Shown here piece after piece: positions 12,301 to 23,849 of a stretch of DNA of 64,000 nucleotides. A program made the position numbers and the translations under genes. The notes beneath the pieces are model-generated. The model was given only the letters and a program-made list of their open reading frames with translations. It searched no databases and was not told where the DNA came from. This stretch comes from Hydrolagus affinis (lineage: Eukaryota). Position 1 is the stretch's first letter; each line of letters starts with the position of its first letter. The DNA is taken from contig JAAILG010000022.1 in assembly GCA_012026655.1 (NCBI GenBank), positions 62,001 through 126,000 on the forward strand. The letters are read 5' to 3'.

Positions 12301-15300
12301 GCTGCTGTAGACTTTTTTGTTAAGAAGGTTCTGACTTTAAATGGACTAGAATTTGAACTCGCCTTTCACCGCGATGTGGTTGGTCTGTTTTGACTATTTC
12401 AATCAAACATATGTAATTTAAGGAACCCGAACCTTGTGTTTTGTTTTGTTTTTTAAGGCCCTCCAATATTTACTGTTTCTGTTTGTATGATGTTGGCGAA
12501 ATTGTAACTTAGACGTATGCAACTTTCATACCTAGCAAAATTTACATTTAAAAAAAGACCTATTTTTGATTGTAAAATGTAAATTTTGTAATTTGTTGTT
12601 GTTTTCATTTCTGATTAAGTTTGGATTAATACTGATTGTTGTAATAGATGCTTTGCAATACAATTAGAAAACATCTTAGCTTTATAAGTGGAAAGGAATA
12701 AGATTATTAAAACAATCATGTAGGTAGTTAAGCATATGTGCACTTACGCACATACTCCCTATACTTTGATGGAGCTATCCAAAATACATCAATTTTTGTG
12801 TGGAAAGTTCTTGTTATTGTAACACTGGGTGAAAAGTAGGAATGATTTATAAAATTATAGAAACTACTTTCATTCTGCAGTGTTGTGACATTCCTAAACA
12901 TGACAATTGATTAAAAAAAATTTGCATAACTTAATCACTGAGATGAAAGCTATTCTCTTAGTTTATGTAATTCGATCACAGGGAGTGGAGTCAGTGTGGA
13001 AGGAGCATTGCCAACTGAACAAGATATAAACCAACCAAAGCCAACAAAAAGAGCACGTACAAGTTTCACAGCAGATCAGCTTCAGGTAAAATGCTTCCCA
13101 TTCTCAACTTTGCTCAACATTTTTTTCGTTTAATCAGCTTGATTTATATTTTTCTCTAAGTTTGCAAAAAAAAATTTAGGATGGCTTTTTTATTTCATTA
13201 TTTTTGGGTGAGTTTTTTAAAAAAAACACTTAATGCTTCAACTAGCATTTAGACTGGATTTGAGTTTTCATAAAGTAAATGTTATTTTCCTTGTGAGCAG
13301 TACACTTTAAGTGCAGATCACGAACATGGATTATATCCATTGGCTAAAAGTACCGGTACTCAATTGCTGGTATGGCAAATGGAAATATTTACACCCATGT
13401 GGTAGTGAGGTTTTTATTTTGAACAGAAAGTGTAGTTAGTGTGGGTGCCAACAGTGAATTTACTTTGCAATATTGCCAGCCTGTGGCATAGCAACTTTTA
13501 CATTTCCCAAAATATTTGTATTGTATAATTTGGATAGAACATAAAAATTTAACAATCATCTCGGAAGTTTATTAACATAACTTTTGATACTTTTGCAGAT
13601 TATGCAAGCACAGTTTGCACAAGACAACAATCCAGATGCCCAAACTCTGCAAAAACTTGCAGATAGGACTGGATTAAGCAGACGTGTCATACAGGTAAAA
13701 CAATTTAAAAGCTTAAATGATCAGTTGGACTTTATTTTGTAAAATGCTGGTATTGAGTTTTTGAGGCTTTAATAGAAATGTGTTAAAACTAAGAGTGACC
13801 TTCAAATGGAGTGCTTGCCTCAAAAGATCAGTAGTGCAGGTCTGGAAAAATAGCTTGATTTTTAAAAAAAATTATCCCCCACCTCTTATCCTGGATGAAG
13901 AAAAACAGTACACTATTACAAGTACCTTCCTGGTACTTCATCTTGAATACAAATGTTGCCATGTTTAAGCTATTGGGTTCAATGGTATTGTGACCTAGTG
14001 AGCATTTTATTACTGACTTAAAATCTGAATACAGTATTCTAAATTTGGCAGTCAATGGTGAATGCATTGCCCAAATTATTGGAAAGAAAGCTCTGTTATT
14101 ATTGAAGTTTAAACTTGTGAAATGTACTAGTATCTGTAAAGGAAAGTTTGAGACAGGTCAAGCTGTAACACAATTATTTGTTGTGTGTGTGTGATTCTCT
14201 CAGCATTTCCATTTTGTAGCCCTATGACCTAATTTGAATCCCCAGATGACTTGAAATCTTTCCAATTGTATTGTTTTCTGGGCCCATTGCATTGACACAA
14301 ATCTTTCTACATTTTCCAGTTAGCGGTTATGGCCAAAATGTCGATTTTGTTTATTCCAGGATTTCATGGTTTGGGAACCAAATATTTATATTTGTATGAT
14401 TCCTTTCAACTACTTATTCACTGTGACATGATATTTATGTAAACTCAATACATTATTGATAGTAATTTGAAACTTATTTACTCCAATAGTGTTGCATCCT
14501 GTTTGGAAGATGCTGTTTTATTGATGCTTTATTTTTGGTTTTTACTTTGATCCACGTTTGTCTAATATTGTTCCTAATGAATCCAGTTCTGTTGACTGAT
14601 TATAAAATATTACAATAAAGCTAATGAGAGGGTTTGTCTTGCATTAAGTTGGTCTTGGTTGGGGCCTGCTTCAAGTCCCCTGCCTCTCCTGGTCCACTGT
14701 GGGTGGGCCTTCAACCTCTCTGCCCCAACCCTCCGGAACGCCATCCCACAATCTCTCCCTAGCTCCCATCTTTGCCTCCTACAAAACCCATCTTAAGATC
14801 CGATCCTCCTCTTCGACCGTGCCTTTGGTCATCCTCCTACCCCTACCTTCCCCGCTCTCCGTGATCCCGACCTCCAGCTTGGGTGCAGATTCCTGACTGT
14901 CCAGTGTCTTGTGACATTGTCCTGAAGCGCGAGGTGCTATACAAATGTAATTTACTGTTAGTTAGTCAGAGTACATGAATTTCTAAAATTATATACCATG
15001 AACAACAATTATACAAAGTATCAGTAGGCCACCAATCCTTCCATAACCTGATTTAGCAAGTCTGCACTTGTGTTGGCCATGTAACATACATACACACACT
15101 GATCAACTGATCAAGTGTCTTGACTAATACTTTCTTGGAAGGTAAGGGCTGATCAGATGACTCAAAGCATATTAAACTGACAGCAACATATTATCATCTG
15201 TTCAAACACGGGACCGCACTATATTATTTATGATGCTGTGTGCCAATGTTTCCAATTTGAGTCTTGTCAATCAGTGTAAATACAGTACTTAATTTGTAAA

Positions 15301-18300
15301 AAGATTTGAGCACACGAGTTCTTTATTTTGAACTTCTAATCTTTGTCATATCATAGAGGCAGTCTCCTTCCCACAAACTGGAGAGTTGTTACCAGTTTGT
15401 TTTGCACATGTCTCTCAATGCTGACTTAAATACTGAGTCTTTTTTTTAAATATAAAAAAACGCATCTTTGCATCCAACTGGTCATTGAAGGTTATAGCCC
15501 ACAGAAATGGTATGTAGAATATTTGTTTTGCTTCAGGTTAGTAACATTTTACAGAATAAAATTTCAAGCCTGTGTACTTAATGTACAATATTCAATCAAC
15601 CTCTTTCCACCCCTGCCCTCCACACTCCCCAATCCCTATCCCAGCTGGATCCGAAATACTGTTTGTCTAGTACTTTGGGACATCCTCTCAATGTGAAAGG
15701 CACTATGCAAATATAATTTTCTTGTTGAGTTTGTAGGAAGGTGTGTTCGGGTGATAATTTTCAAGGTAGCTAATGTTTGAGTTAGCTTGTTTGTAGTATT
15801 ATATGTGGTATTAGCTGTGAGAACTGCTTAATGCATTTGAATAGTATTTTTCCTTACTATTCAGGTTTGCTCTATGATTTCATGCATAATTCAAGCTTAT
15901 TTAAATTCATAATGTATCATTTTAATTGTTAATGGAGGTTCTTGAATGGCTGAATTGTCCACTGAACCTTGTGGACTCTGAATATTTTTAGCATTCAGTA
16001 TGTTGATTTCAGTTGAGAGTAAACAGTGCCCAAATAATTTACCTCTTAGATCCTGGGGTACGGAGTGGAAAAAACAATTAGGAATACCATTTCCCACCCA
16101 ATACAGTTGAAAATGTTGAGGACAAGCTCCTGTCCACCCTACATCCGTGACCTTCTAACCCCTTACCAACCTGCCCGCCCTCTCCACTCACTAATTCCCT
16201 AGGCATCACCCTCTCTCTGGCCTCCTTCAAGTCCCGCTTCAAGACTCTCCTCTTGAATGGTTCCATCAACAACTCCTAATCCCTCCCGTCCCCTTCCTTC
16301 CCATCCCCGTCCCCAGCTCAGGTCTGACATAGTGACTGTCCAGCTCCTTGGGATGTCCTCCTAGGACGTGAAAGGCGCTATACAAGTGTAATTTTGTTGT
16401 TTCTCCCCGCACCATCCCCCCCTTTCACTTGGTGTCCAACCATCTCTTTGTTCAGAGGCTATCCTGTGAGTAGGGCATTATAAAAGTATTGTTGTTAAAA
16501 CAGTTGTTTTCAGAGTCTACTGAGCTGCTTTTATGATCATTTACTGTCTTTAGCATTGGGAAGTTTGCCTGATGGAGGTCAACCCTTGAATTTCACCTCA
16601 CATGAGTCAGTACTTTCAGGAAAGGAGATTGAGAGGCAAATGTAATGTTTGAATATAAGTTGTCACTGATTTTTCAGCTTGAACTCTTAACATTCTTACT
16701 AAGACTTCAGATTTTGATTTTTGCTTTCTGTATCTCAAAAATTCAGTGTGATAGCAGAATGCTGCAAATTTTACCTTTTAATTTTATTGCACTAAATAGT
16801 AAATGTATTGATAAAACTGCACTGGAGTACAGCTTTGCATGGATTAAATTCGCAAAATGCTTACAGGTTTGGTTTCAGAACTGTAGAGCACGTCATAAGA
16901 AACATGTCAGTCCCAACCATTCATCTACTACTATGACTGTGCAGCAGGCTCGACTCTCCCCACCCATGCTAGAGGAAATGACCTATTCAGCATATGTAGC
17001 ACCAGATGGACCAATGTTGACTGCCTTACACACGTACATGGAATGTAAGTTCATAAAGTCTGTATGTAAGGGACTTGGGACTGTTTTCTTAGAAATTTCT
17101 TTGTACAAGTGGAATATGTTTTCTTGTTGGAAGCTTTTCAGGGAAATGTCAAAGTATATTACTTAACCTGGACTTCTATTTACATGATCAAAGTTACAAA
17201 TATGTAGTAATGGAATAGTTTACTATGTTCGCATCAATTTGTAGCAATAAATGTCCAAAATTCTTTTAAGGTGGGTGAAGTTTTTCCATGCCCCCAAAGT
17301 TCCCTAATTATAACCATAGTACACCAATGATTTCCTCCCACCTACCAACCTTCTGGCTTCTTTGGAGACAATTAATTCAATATTGAATTCTGGACACTGG
17401 ATATGTATCAATTTAAAGCTGAGTTGCAATTGTCCCAACTTAACTTAGCCAGGAGTGATTCTATTTTGAATATGAAGCTGGGTATTGAAAGTCCAAACCA
17501 CACCAATGTGCATTCCTCCCGAAACGTGCTCTCATGTCAATGCAGTTAGAGATGGAAACCAATGCAGAATTGAAACCCTTTAAGTGAAAGGAGTAAACCC
17601 AGAAATAGACATTGTATTACTGCTAGATTAGGGATATTCCAATCTTCTAGGATGAGTGGCTTTTTGTTATCTTATGCAGTCAGATTGAAGATGACTCGTG
17701 CAATAGCAAAGATATTGACATTTGAGTACTTGTGGACATAAACAACATTTGAAATACAAAACTCTTCAATTCTGCTGTTCTTAACTTTTACTTCTATATT
17801 GAAAATAATTTGATATTTTCCTACCTTGCCTTTTTAATATATCAATTAAAAGTTTTTCACCTTTCCTGAAAGTGTTGGGCACTATCTCCTTATACTGGAA
17901 AATGGTTCTCTAGGTGCCCTCCTGAACCTTGATCAAAAGGCAAGTCATGTTTGAGACTTAGTAGTGAATGTCTGTACAGGATTTCACTTGAGTCCAAATA
18001 TTGCCTTTATCGAATATTCACATGTACGGATCAGTGAACTGCATTCTGGAAATTCAGTTTTGATTTTCTCTCCTCCCTAACCAGGGCACTGAAGCTAATT
18101 GTGTGCCCCCTAGTGCCACACTGGCTGAGATCAGCTCACTCAGCACAGACTGGAACTCTATTTGCCTAAATGATGTGACTCGTGCTGAGCCATTGTGGAG
18201 ACGAATACACTTTGAAAGTTGGAGCAACTTTGGAAAAAGTACTTGCCTTAAATCTGTATTGGTATAAAATAACTCTAATTGAACTGAACTATAACTTTTA

Positions 18301-18480
18301 AAATAAGTAATTGAATTGTACTATGATTTACAATATGCAATCTAGGAATTTGGTTATTTTGTGAATAGTTATCTAATCTCTACCTTCCTTGTCCTGTTAA
18401 CAGCTCATTCACCAACATCCCTGGCACTCCAACCAATTGTATCTCGTGCAATGACACAACTTCCCATTGGCCATGCTTGA
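7340..18480 (+). CDS. LHX8: LIM/homeobox protein Lhx8, whole spliced CDS: join(7340-7420,[exon 2 uncertain ~9115-9198],9363-9515,10675-10796,11987-12207,12982-13085,13599-13694,16867-17044,18404-18480); 343 aa without exon 2
   Basis: GT-AG exons join in frame to give two LIM domains, a homeodomain [57 protein letters not shown] and the LHX8-type C-terminus (HVSPNHSS...[10 protein letters not shown]...MTQLPIGHA*). Adjacent to SLC44A5, as in mammals. Confidence 0.97.
9115..9198 (+). CDS. LHX8: LHX8 exon 2, boundaries uncertain ([28 protein letters not shown])
   Basis: [10 protein letters not shown] matches mammalian CQGLMSEECG and donor TCG|GTACAA is in phase 0, but the expected acceptor reads TAA, not YAG. 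Confidence 0.55.
9319..9356 (+). repeat. (TC)11(TG)8 compound microsatellite at the LHX8 exon 3 acceptor
   Basis: Read directly from sequence. Confidence 0.95.
9363..9515 (+). CDS. LHX8: LHX8 exon 3 ([10 protein letters not shown]...[16 protein letters not shown]), start of LIM1
   Basis: ctcag| acceptor, AAG|gtgaga donor, 153 nt, phase 0-0. Confidence 0.95.
10256..10355. other. Assembly gap (100 N) in LHX8 intron 3
   Basis: Run of exactly 100 n next to low-complexity sequence; the flanking exons join in frame, so no coding exon need be missing. Confidence 0.99.
10675..10796 (+). CDS. LHX8: LHX8 exon 4 ([41 protein letters not shown]), LIM1
   Basis: gtgtag| acceptor, CAG|gtaacg donor, LIM Cys/His spacing intact. 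Confidence 0.96.
11240..11295. repeat. Perfect 28-bp tandem duplication
   Basis: CCGGTTAAATCGGTCCATTCAAACCTCT x2. Confidence 0.95.
11987..12207 (+). CDS. LHX8: LHX8 exon 5 ([32 protein letters not shown]...LKRAAEN), LIM2
   Basis: Inside ORF 11856-12227; gacag| acceptor, ACG|gtaata donor. Confidence 0.97.
12982..13085 (+). CDS. LHX8: LHX8 exon 6 ([35 protein letters not shown])
   Basis: cacag| acceptor, CAG|gtaaaa donor; linker plus homeodomain N-terminal arm. Confidence 0.96.
13599..13694 (+). CDS. LHX8: LHX8 exon 7 ([32 protein letters not shown])
   Basis: ttttgcag| acceptor, CAG|gtaaaa donor; homeodomain helices. Confidence 0.97.
14695..14960 (+). mobile_element. L2-like 3' end in LHX8 intron 7
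   Basis: Shares GATCCTCCTCTTCGAC and the GCTATACAAATGTAATTT tail with the 36436 element. Confidence 0.75.
16125..16402 (+). mobile_element. L2-like 3' end in LHX8 intron 7
   Basis: CTGGCCTCCTTCAAGTCCCGC...GACGTGAAAGGCGCTATACAAGTGTAATTTTGTTGTT. Confidence 0.8.
16867..17044 (+). CDS. LHX8: LHX8 exon 8 ([18 protein letters not shown]...LTALHTYME)
   Basis: ttacag| acceptor, T|gtaagt donor; WFQNCR helix 3 typical of LHX6/8. Confidence 0.96.
17900..18195 (-). mobile_element. Ancient SINE-like repeat in LHX8 intron 8
   Basis: Shares CACTGA.GCT.ATTGT...CTGCC/GTGCC...GAGATCAG with 45665-45925. Confidence 0.55.
18404..18480 (+). CDS. LHX8: LHX8 last coding exon ([25 protein letters not shown])
   Basis: ttaacag| acceptor, phase matches exon 8, TGA at 18478-18480. 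Confidence 0.94.
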
Positions 18481-18888
18481 TTTTTTTTCACATCAGCAAT
18501 TAGTTTTGTTGTATTCAGGTTGAAGATGAATGCAAAGTGCATTAATCTACTGCATTTAGTTTACTATTAATGTGCAGTACAGTTGCTGCAGATAAACTTT
18601 TATTTCCCTCTAATTTTCTTATTTATTGGCATCAGCAGAGCACTTTGATCTATACATTCTTTGGTTGCAATGTGCAAAATGTTTACAGTCTCTGTAGTAT
18701 AAATGTTACATTAATTTTGATATATTTGTAAGTTATTTTCAATTATGTGTTATTCTAAACCTTGAATATGTTTGTTGCAAACCATATCCTAGTGTTATAG
18801 TTAATGGTTCTTTCAGGAATTGTTACATTTGTGAAGTCCTATTAACAAGTTCAGTATTTTGTCATTGTTTGCATTCTGAACTCCGCAA

Positions 18889-18894
18889 AATAAA
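18889..18894 (+). terminator. Candidate LHX8 polyadenylation signal AATAAA
   Basis: AATAAA about 410 nt after the stop, followed by T/GT-rich sequence. Confidence 0.6.
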
Positions 18895-19059
18895 TGTTTG
18901 CTACTGAACTTTATAGAATTGGTTTATTATTATTAGAATTGGTTTGTTAAGCCCATGGATTCCATCATGAAAGAGTGAAGATATTTAGTTTTTTTAAAAC
19001 AAAGAAGATTCTGTTGATCTATTTGCTGGATTTGTGATCCATCTGGTTGAGCTTTCAGT

Positions 19060-19327
19060 CTACCTGCCCCACACTCTGGAACTCCAGTACAAAATCCCTC
19101 ATCTCAATCGTGGTCTGGCCAAAGGCATACCTGTTTCACCCTCCTTCAACCATCTTCCATCTCCCTTTTTTCCCCCACCCAAACACACACACACACACAC
19201 ACACACATTCCACCTTTCCTGAATCCAACCTGCAGTTTGGGTGTAAACCCTTGACTGCCCCAGGTCCAGCGCCTCGAGACATCATCCCAACACGAAGGGC
19301 ACTATATACAGTAAGTGCAATTTGTAG
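19060..19327 (+). mobile_element. L2-like 3' end with internal (CA)n
   Basis: CACACTCTGGAACTCC...GACTGCCCCAG...GAAGGGCACTATATA tail. Confidence 0.65.
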
Positions 19328-20204
19328 CATCCACTCCACTCGATGTTTCAAGCCTAAAGATACAGAGAAATACAGAATATTTCCCTTTGCAGAGGAAATA
19401 ATGTGGCATTTGTGAATGCTTGGCATATAAGAAGCGACACTGGAAGCCACCTGACATTTTTTAAGGTCCACTTTAATGCAGCCGCTAAGATGTTGGACCC
19501 AGACAACTGTTTTAACTCAACATTCCTGCATAACTAGTGTTTTTAATATGATTAGTTTAATGTTAATATGGCTGAAGTTGCTGGAAAAAAAATCAGAATT
19601 TTTATCTCAAAGGGCCTCATTAAAATATGATCCCATATTTTCACATAAAACAATTTTGTGCGAATGAAACATTCATTGAGGAATGATGAAATGATAATTT
19701 CCATTGATGAGGATGCCCTAATAAATCTTATTTGAGTGTCATAGAATATCCTCTGTATTTCAGATTTAAGTTGAATTGTTGGTGAAACCAAATTGTAATT
19801 CTCAAGAATTGTCCCTTGTAAGAATGGAATGATCTTAGATTGCCACACATTGTTTACAAAATTATTCTATTGGAATAATTCATACTAATAATTTGCTATT
19901 TTGAAGATTGTTTTGTCCATTTTTATATCTTTCCAGAATACTCACCATCTTCCTGTTCTTTAAATGGTTTCATTGTACAGGCTAAAGGTGTCCTTTCCAG
20001 TTACCCATTCATGAGATGAAATGGGTTGTATAAAACATTTTCTGGTGTCCTAAAATTACATTTAAAAACTCTTGTTTTTGTGCATCTGAAAATATCTCCT
20101 AATACCTATTTTAGGTATTGCGTACACTTGTAAATTCCACTCTTAAATATTCCTAGCAGAAGAGCCCTAGATTATCTAAATAACATCCCTCAACATTGCA
20201 CAGA

Positions 20205-20340
20205 GGACTGTTTGTGTGCTGTGCGTAATTAGCTGCCACGTTTTGCCCACAAATATCGTCAATTCACCTTACAGTATACTCTGTGAAGCGCTTTGAGACA
20301 TCTAGAAGACATGAAAAGCGTTATATCGAATGCAAGATTG
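20205..20340 (+). mobile_element. SINE 3' fragment
   Basis: GCTGTGCGTAATTAGCTGCC...GTGAAGCGCTTTGAGACATCTAGAAGACATGAAAAGCG. Confidence 0.85.
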
Positions 20341-22115
20341 TCAATTTGTCAATTGCATTACTACTTCAACTTAGATGACATCCCTGTACACTGCAGTAGC
20401 ATAATGGGGATCATCTAAGCTGAAGAGGCAATGCAGTAGACAAAGTATGATTTATAAGTTAAGACCTAGAACTGACAGCTTTAGCAAGAGATTCTTTTAA
20501 TACATGTTTTTGATGGAACATTTTTGTGATCTTGGAAGAAAGGGCTAACCACCAATTCCCAAACTACTTCATATGTCGGCAAAATTGATTTCCTGTCCTA
20601 TTTCTATTATTTGATGAAAGCATGATGTGCAGATAAATTACGTGTGGTATCTATATCATGGTGGCTCTCCATTGGGTTTAGCTTAAACACTCAATGAATA
20701 ATACTCAACAACTTGTCACCATGTCTTTAATATTGTCTGTTATTGCTAAATTCTGCCATAAATGTGGAATAATTAGCCATTTCTGATATAGTAATAGACT
20801 TATGATGACCAAGGAATGATTCTAATAGTTTTAATATCAACAGGTTTGTGTCTGAAGGATTGAATTATCCATACTATAATAGTTAATTGAACACAATGAG
20901 GTGATCACATTATTCATTACCTAAAACTTTATTAAATGTAATATTTCAATGTCATATTAATGTTGAATAAAACCCAGTACCAAGAGACATTGTCATTGCA
21001 AAGCATTGAGGGACAATACATTGCCTGAAATACCAAACATTTAAAAGTTAATTACCAAACAATTATGGCACTCAGTCAGATTTCTGCACAGCAGAAGCAC
21101 AGAATAGACATCGCTTCACTTTTCATGCAAATTACCTTTTGGTGTAATGATAGAAATAATGTCATGTTAATAAATACATAAAATATTTGTAAAATAACAC
21201 TTCATAAATGAGACATGCAAACATAAATTTGATTTATATGCATTTAAATCCAGGTCTAGCTGGTACATAATTGTTCATTCAGTGAATTTTAAATTTATGT
21301 TCAGTATTAACCCTTGGCTCCCAATAATACAACAGCATTTAAAAAATAGCTATATAAACAATATCTTGCATGTCTGTTTTAGAAAAGACTGAAATAAAAC
21401 TTAATCCATGTTTCCTTGCAGTATTAAAGAAATACCAAGATAACCCCATTCAGTATTTTACTAGGTACAGTTGCTGCAAAGAAAGACACCTTGAACTGAT
21501 GGATCAGTCCTGATCACTATGTCATATTATCTTTTACTCTGAGAATAATTTTGTTAACGTATGGGTAGTTGTGAAAATGGTACATTTAACATATACAGGC
21601 TATTATGTGTAATAAGCAGCAATTTCTGCTTAATAAATTTATTCCCAATGCAACTTACTTTTCATGTTTATTTCTGAGACTAAGTTCCTGGTTAAGAGCA
21701 AGCTTCTTTTCCTATCGAGCTTTCATTTTTCATTCTCATTTTGGTTAATGGTCGGGGGAGAGAAAGAGTAGAATATTTTTGTCCGGGATATTTTGGGTAG
21801 AAATGCTTTACTCAATTGTCATCACTACATATCATGTTTTTATATTATTGAAAATAAATTGATTCTTTGTTTGTTCTTGCAGGAATATTTGAGTTTCCAA
21901 TTGAATATTTGCAATGAGTCTTATTATGCTGTGTGTATTTGGTATTTACTGCACATCTGATTATTGAAGATGTTATTTTGGAATAAGTCTAGTAGAAAGT
22001 AATGTTCATTTAAGCATTCTTCTTTTCATTTCCATGACCAGAACTGGCTCTGCAATATATATAAATTGTTCTTTTGGTTGTTGTACTGTGGTGTTCTTGT
22101 ACCATCTGAACATGT

Positions 22116-22385
22116 GGAGTCTGGTAGCTCAGTGGTTAAAATACTCGACTCACACGCGAGAGACCTGGGTTTGATTTGCGCAGGACAAAACCTTGGGTAA
22201 ATTTCCTACTGCACACGCCTATTAATAATCCCTCAAGAAAAAAATAATAATACTGTACATTGGTCACTTCAATCCACAAATTATTTGTGGACAATTGCTG
22301 CACTTTGCCAACAAATGTACATTCAATTCGCTTTACATTATATTCTGACAGAGGTATGTCAAATACAGTACAAGGATTATTTATT
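22116..22385 (+). mobile_element. tRNA-derived SINE, same family, degraded 3' half
   Basis: GGTAGCTCAGTGGTTA A box, GAGACCTGGGTTTGA, AATAATCCCTCAA; aligns by eye with the 24180 copy. Confidence 0.85.
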
Positions 22386-23745
22386 TTTATTTGATGTAGT
22401 CTGCTTCACTTAGCCTCAAATAGACTACACATCTTGTTTGCTCTTGTGTGTCAAACTGTTTTCAGCTATTTGCGGCACAACACAGAAATGTAACTAGCAT
22501 ATTGAACCTAAACAATATGTGTACATGATTAAAAGGTTTTCAAAAGGGATTTTTATCCTAACACTAGCCAAAGTTTCACAATTATTCTAGAACATAACGG
22601 ATGTTAAATCACGAACAACTTTTGTAGTAGTCAGTATAACAACCACTGGCTAGAGCGTATGTTACCGGTATGTTTTAAACCAGTTTTGATAGTGTTTAAC
22701 AAATAATTTACAATGGAAGATCAAAAAATATTCCCAGTGCAAAATCATTTATGTAAAATAAGATAAAAACAATCTGAAAATGTTTTTCAGTAATGTTTAT
22801 GGTTATTATTAAGAAATTTTCTGTAACTGTCACTGAATTAAATGTTATGTTGAATATTATTATTTATACACCTAACTTAAAGCATTGTGCACTGTCTGGT
22901 GAAGTGTTTATTAACCATGAAAATGTGACCATCTGAGAATATAGATTCAAGAATTAACTTGCTCTTAACAGGAATTTAGAGAAATTTGTGTTATTCTGAA
23001 ACACTTTTTTGAAGCGCTTTGACACTCTACCTGGCGTGTAGGGCACTATGTAAGTGCGAGTTGTTGTTTTATCTCAAGTCATCTCAAAGTTTTTCTACCC
23101 ATAGGGAATCATTTCAAAAATGCCTTAGCTACTTTTAGCACAAAGTTGAGTCATTTTCAGTCTTGGACACTCTGTCAGTCACTAGTAATACGGCATCCCA
23201 TCATTCTAGACTCGTGACCAACACTGAAGGGAAGGCACTTGAACTGATTATCATCTAGAAATAATATTTTGAAATATCAAATTGTTATTAACATATTGGA
23301 CAAATGGCCAAAATCAAATCAGCAATGGTATATATGTTTTATAAAGGAATAGCTCTGCTTTGGGTGACTTTTTGATGCCAATGCAAGTATTTAAATATTG
23401 CAGGCATTATTTCTAATAGTAATTATTTTCAATGGTATTTTCTGTTTTTTGCTAGCTGGAATGTTGTTCAATTTGCTGCCTTTGGGATTGATCACTAGTT
23501 TATTGAAACCTTAAAATAGAGTACTTTTCTAGTGACCAATCTATAATGCAATACTTAGTGCATATTTCCATATTCACAGGTCTCCCTGTTTATCACTATG
23601 CTCCCAAATTCTCCAACCATGTCTATTTTTACAAAGCATGGTCACCAAATATTGTTCAGATTTGCTTGACCTTTTAAATTACAATATGGACAACCTAGTA
23701 TTTATGCAAACAAGTTGAGGAATGACGTAGTTTTCACCATATTCT

Positions 23746-23849
23746 TCATTCCTCCTTGACTTTATTCTTCTTGTTCAGAATCTTCCTCAATGACTTACTC
23801 ATGAAATAGGGCTTCTCTGGTGAGCCATCATTTCTCTCTAAATCTTCCA
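23746..23849 (-). CDS. SLC44A5: SLC44A5 distal alternative last exon ([34 protein letters not shown])
   Basis: ttcatag| acceptor, phase fits the penultimate exon, TGA at 23746-23748. Confidence 0.92.

Noticed and set aside
7340-18480. Calling the LIM-homeobox gene LHX6
   Set aside because: LIM2 ([18 protein letters not shown]), the C-terminus and the SLC44A5 linkage all fit LHX8.
22116-22200. tRNA gene
   Set aside because: The A/B-box head runs into the SINE body found many times in the window; no full cloverleaf. The same applies to 44410-44489.
23746-23849. Distal terminal exon as a remnant of a separate SLC44A paralogue or pseudogene
   Set aside because: No other duplicated exons nearby; acceptor, phase and stop are intact; an alternative-last-exon arrangement is known in this family.
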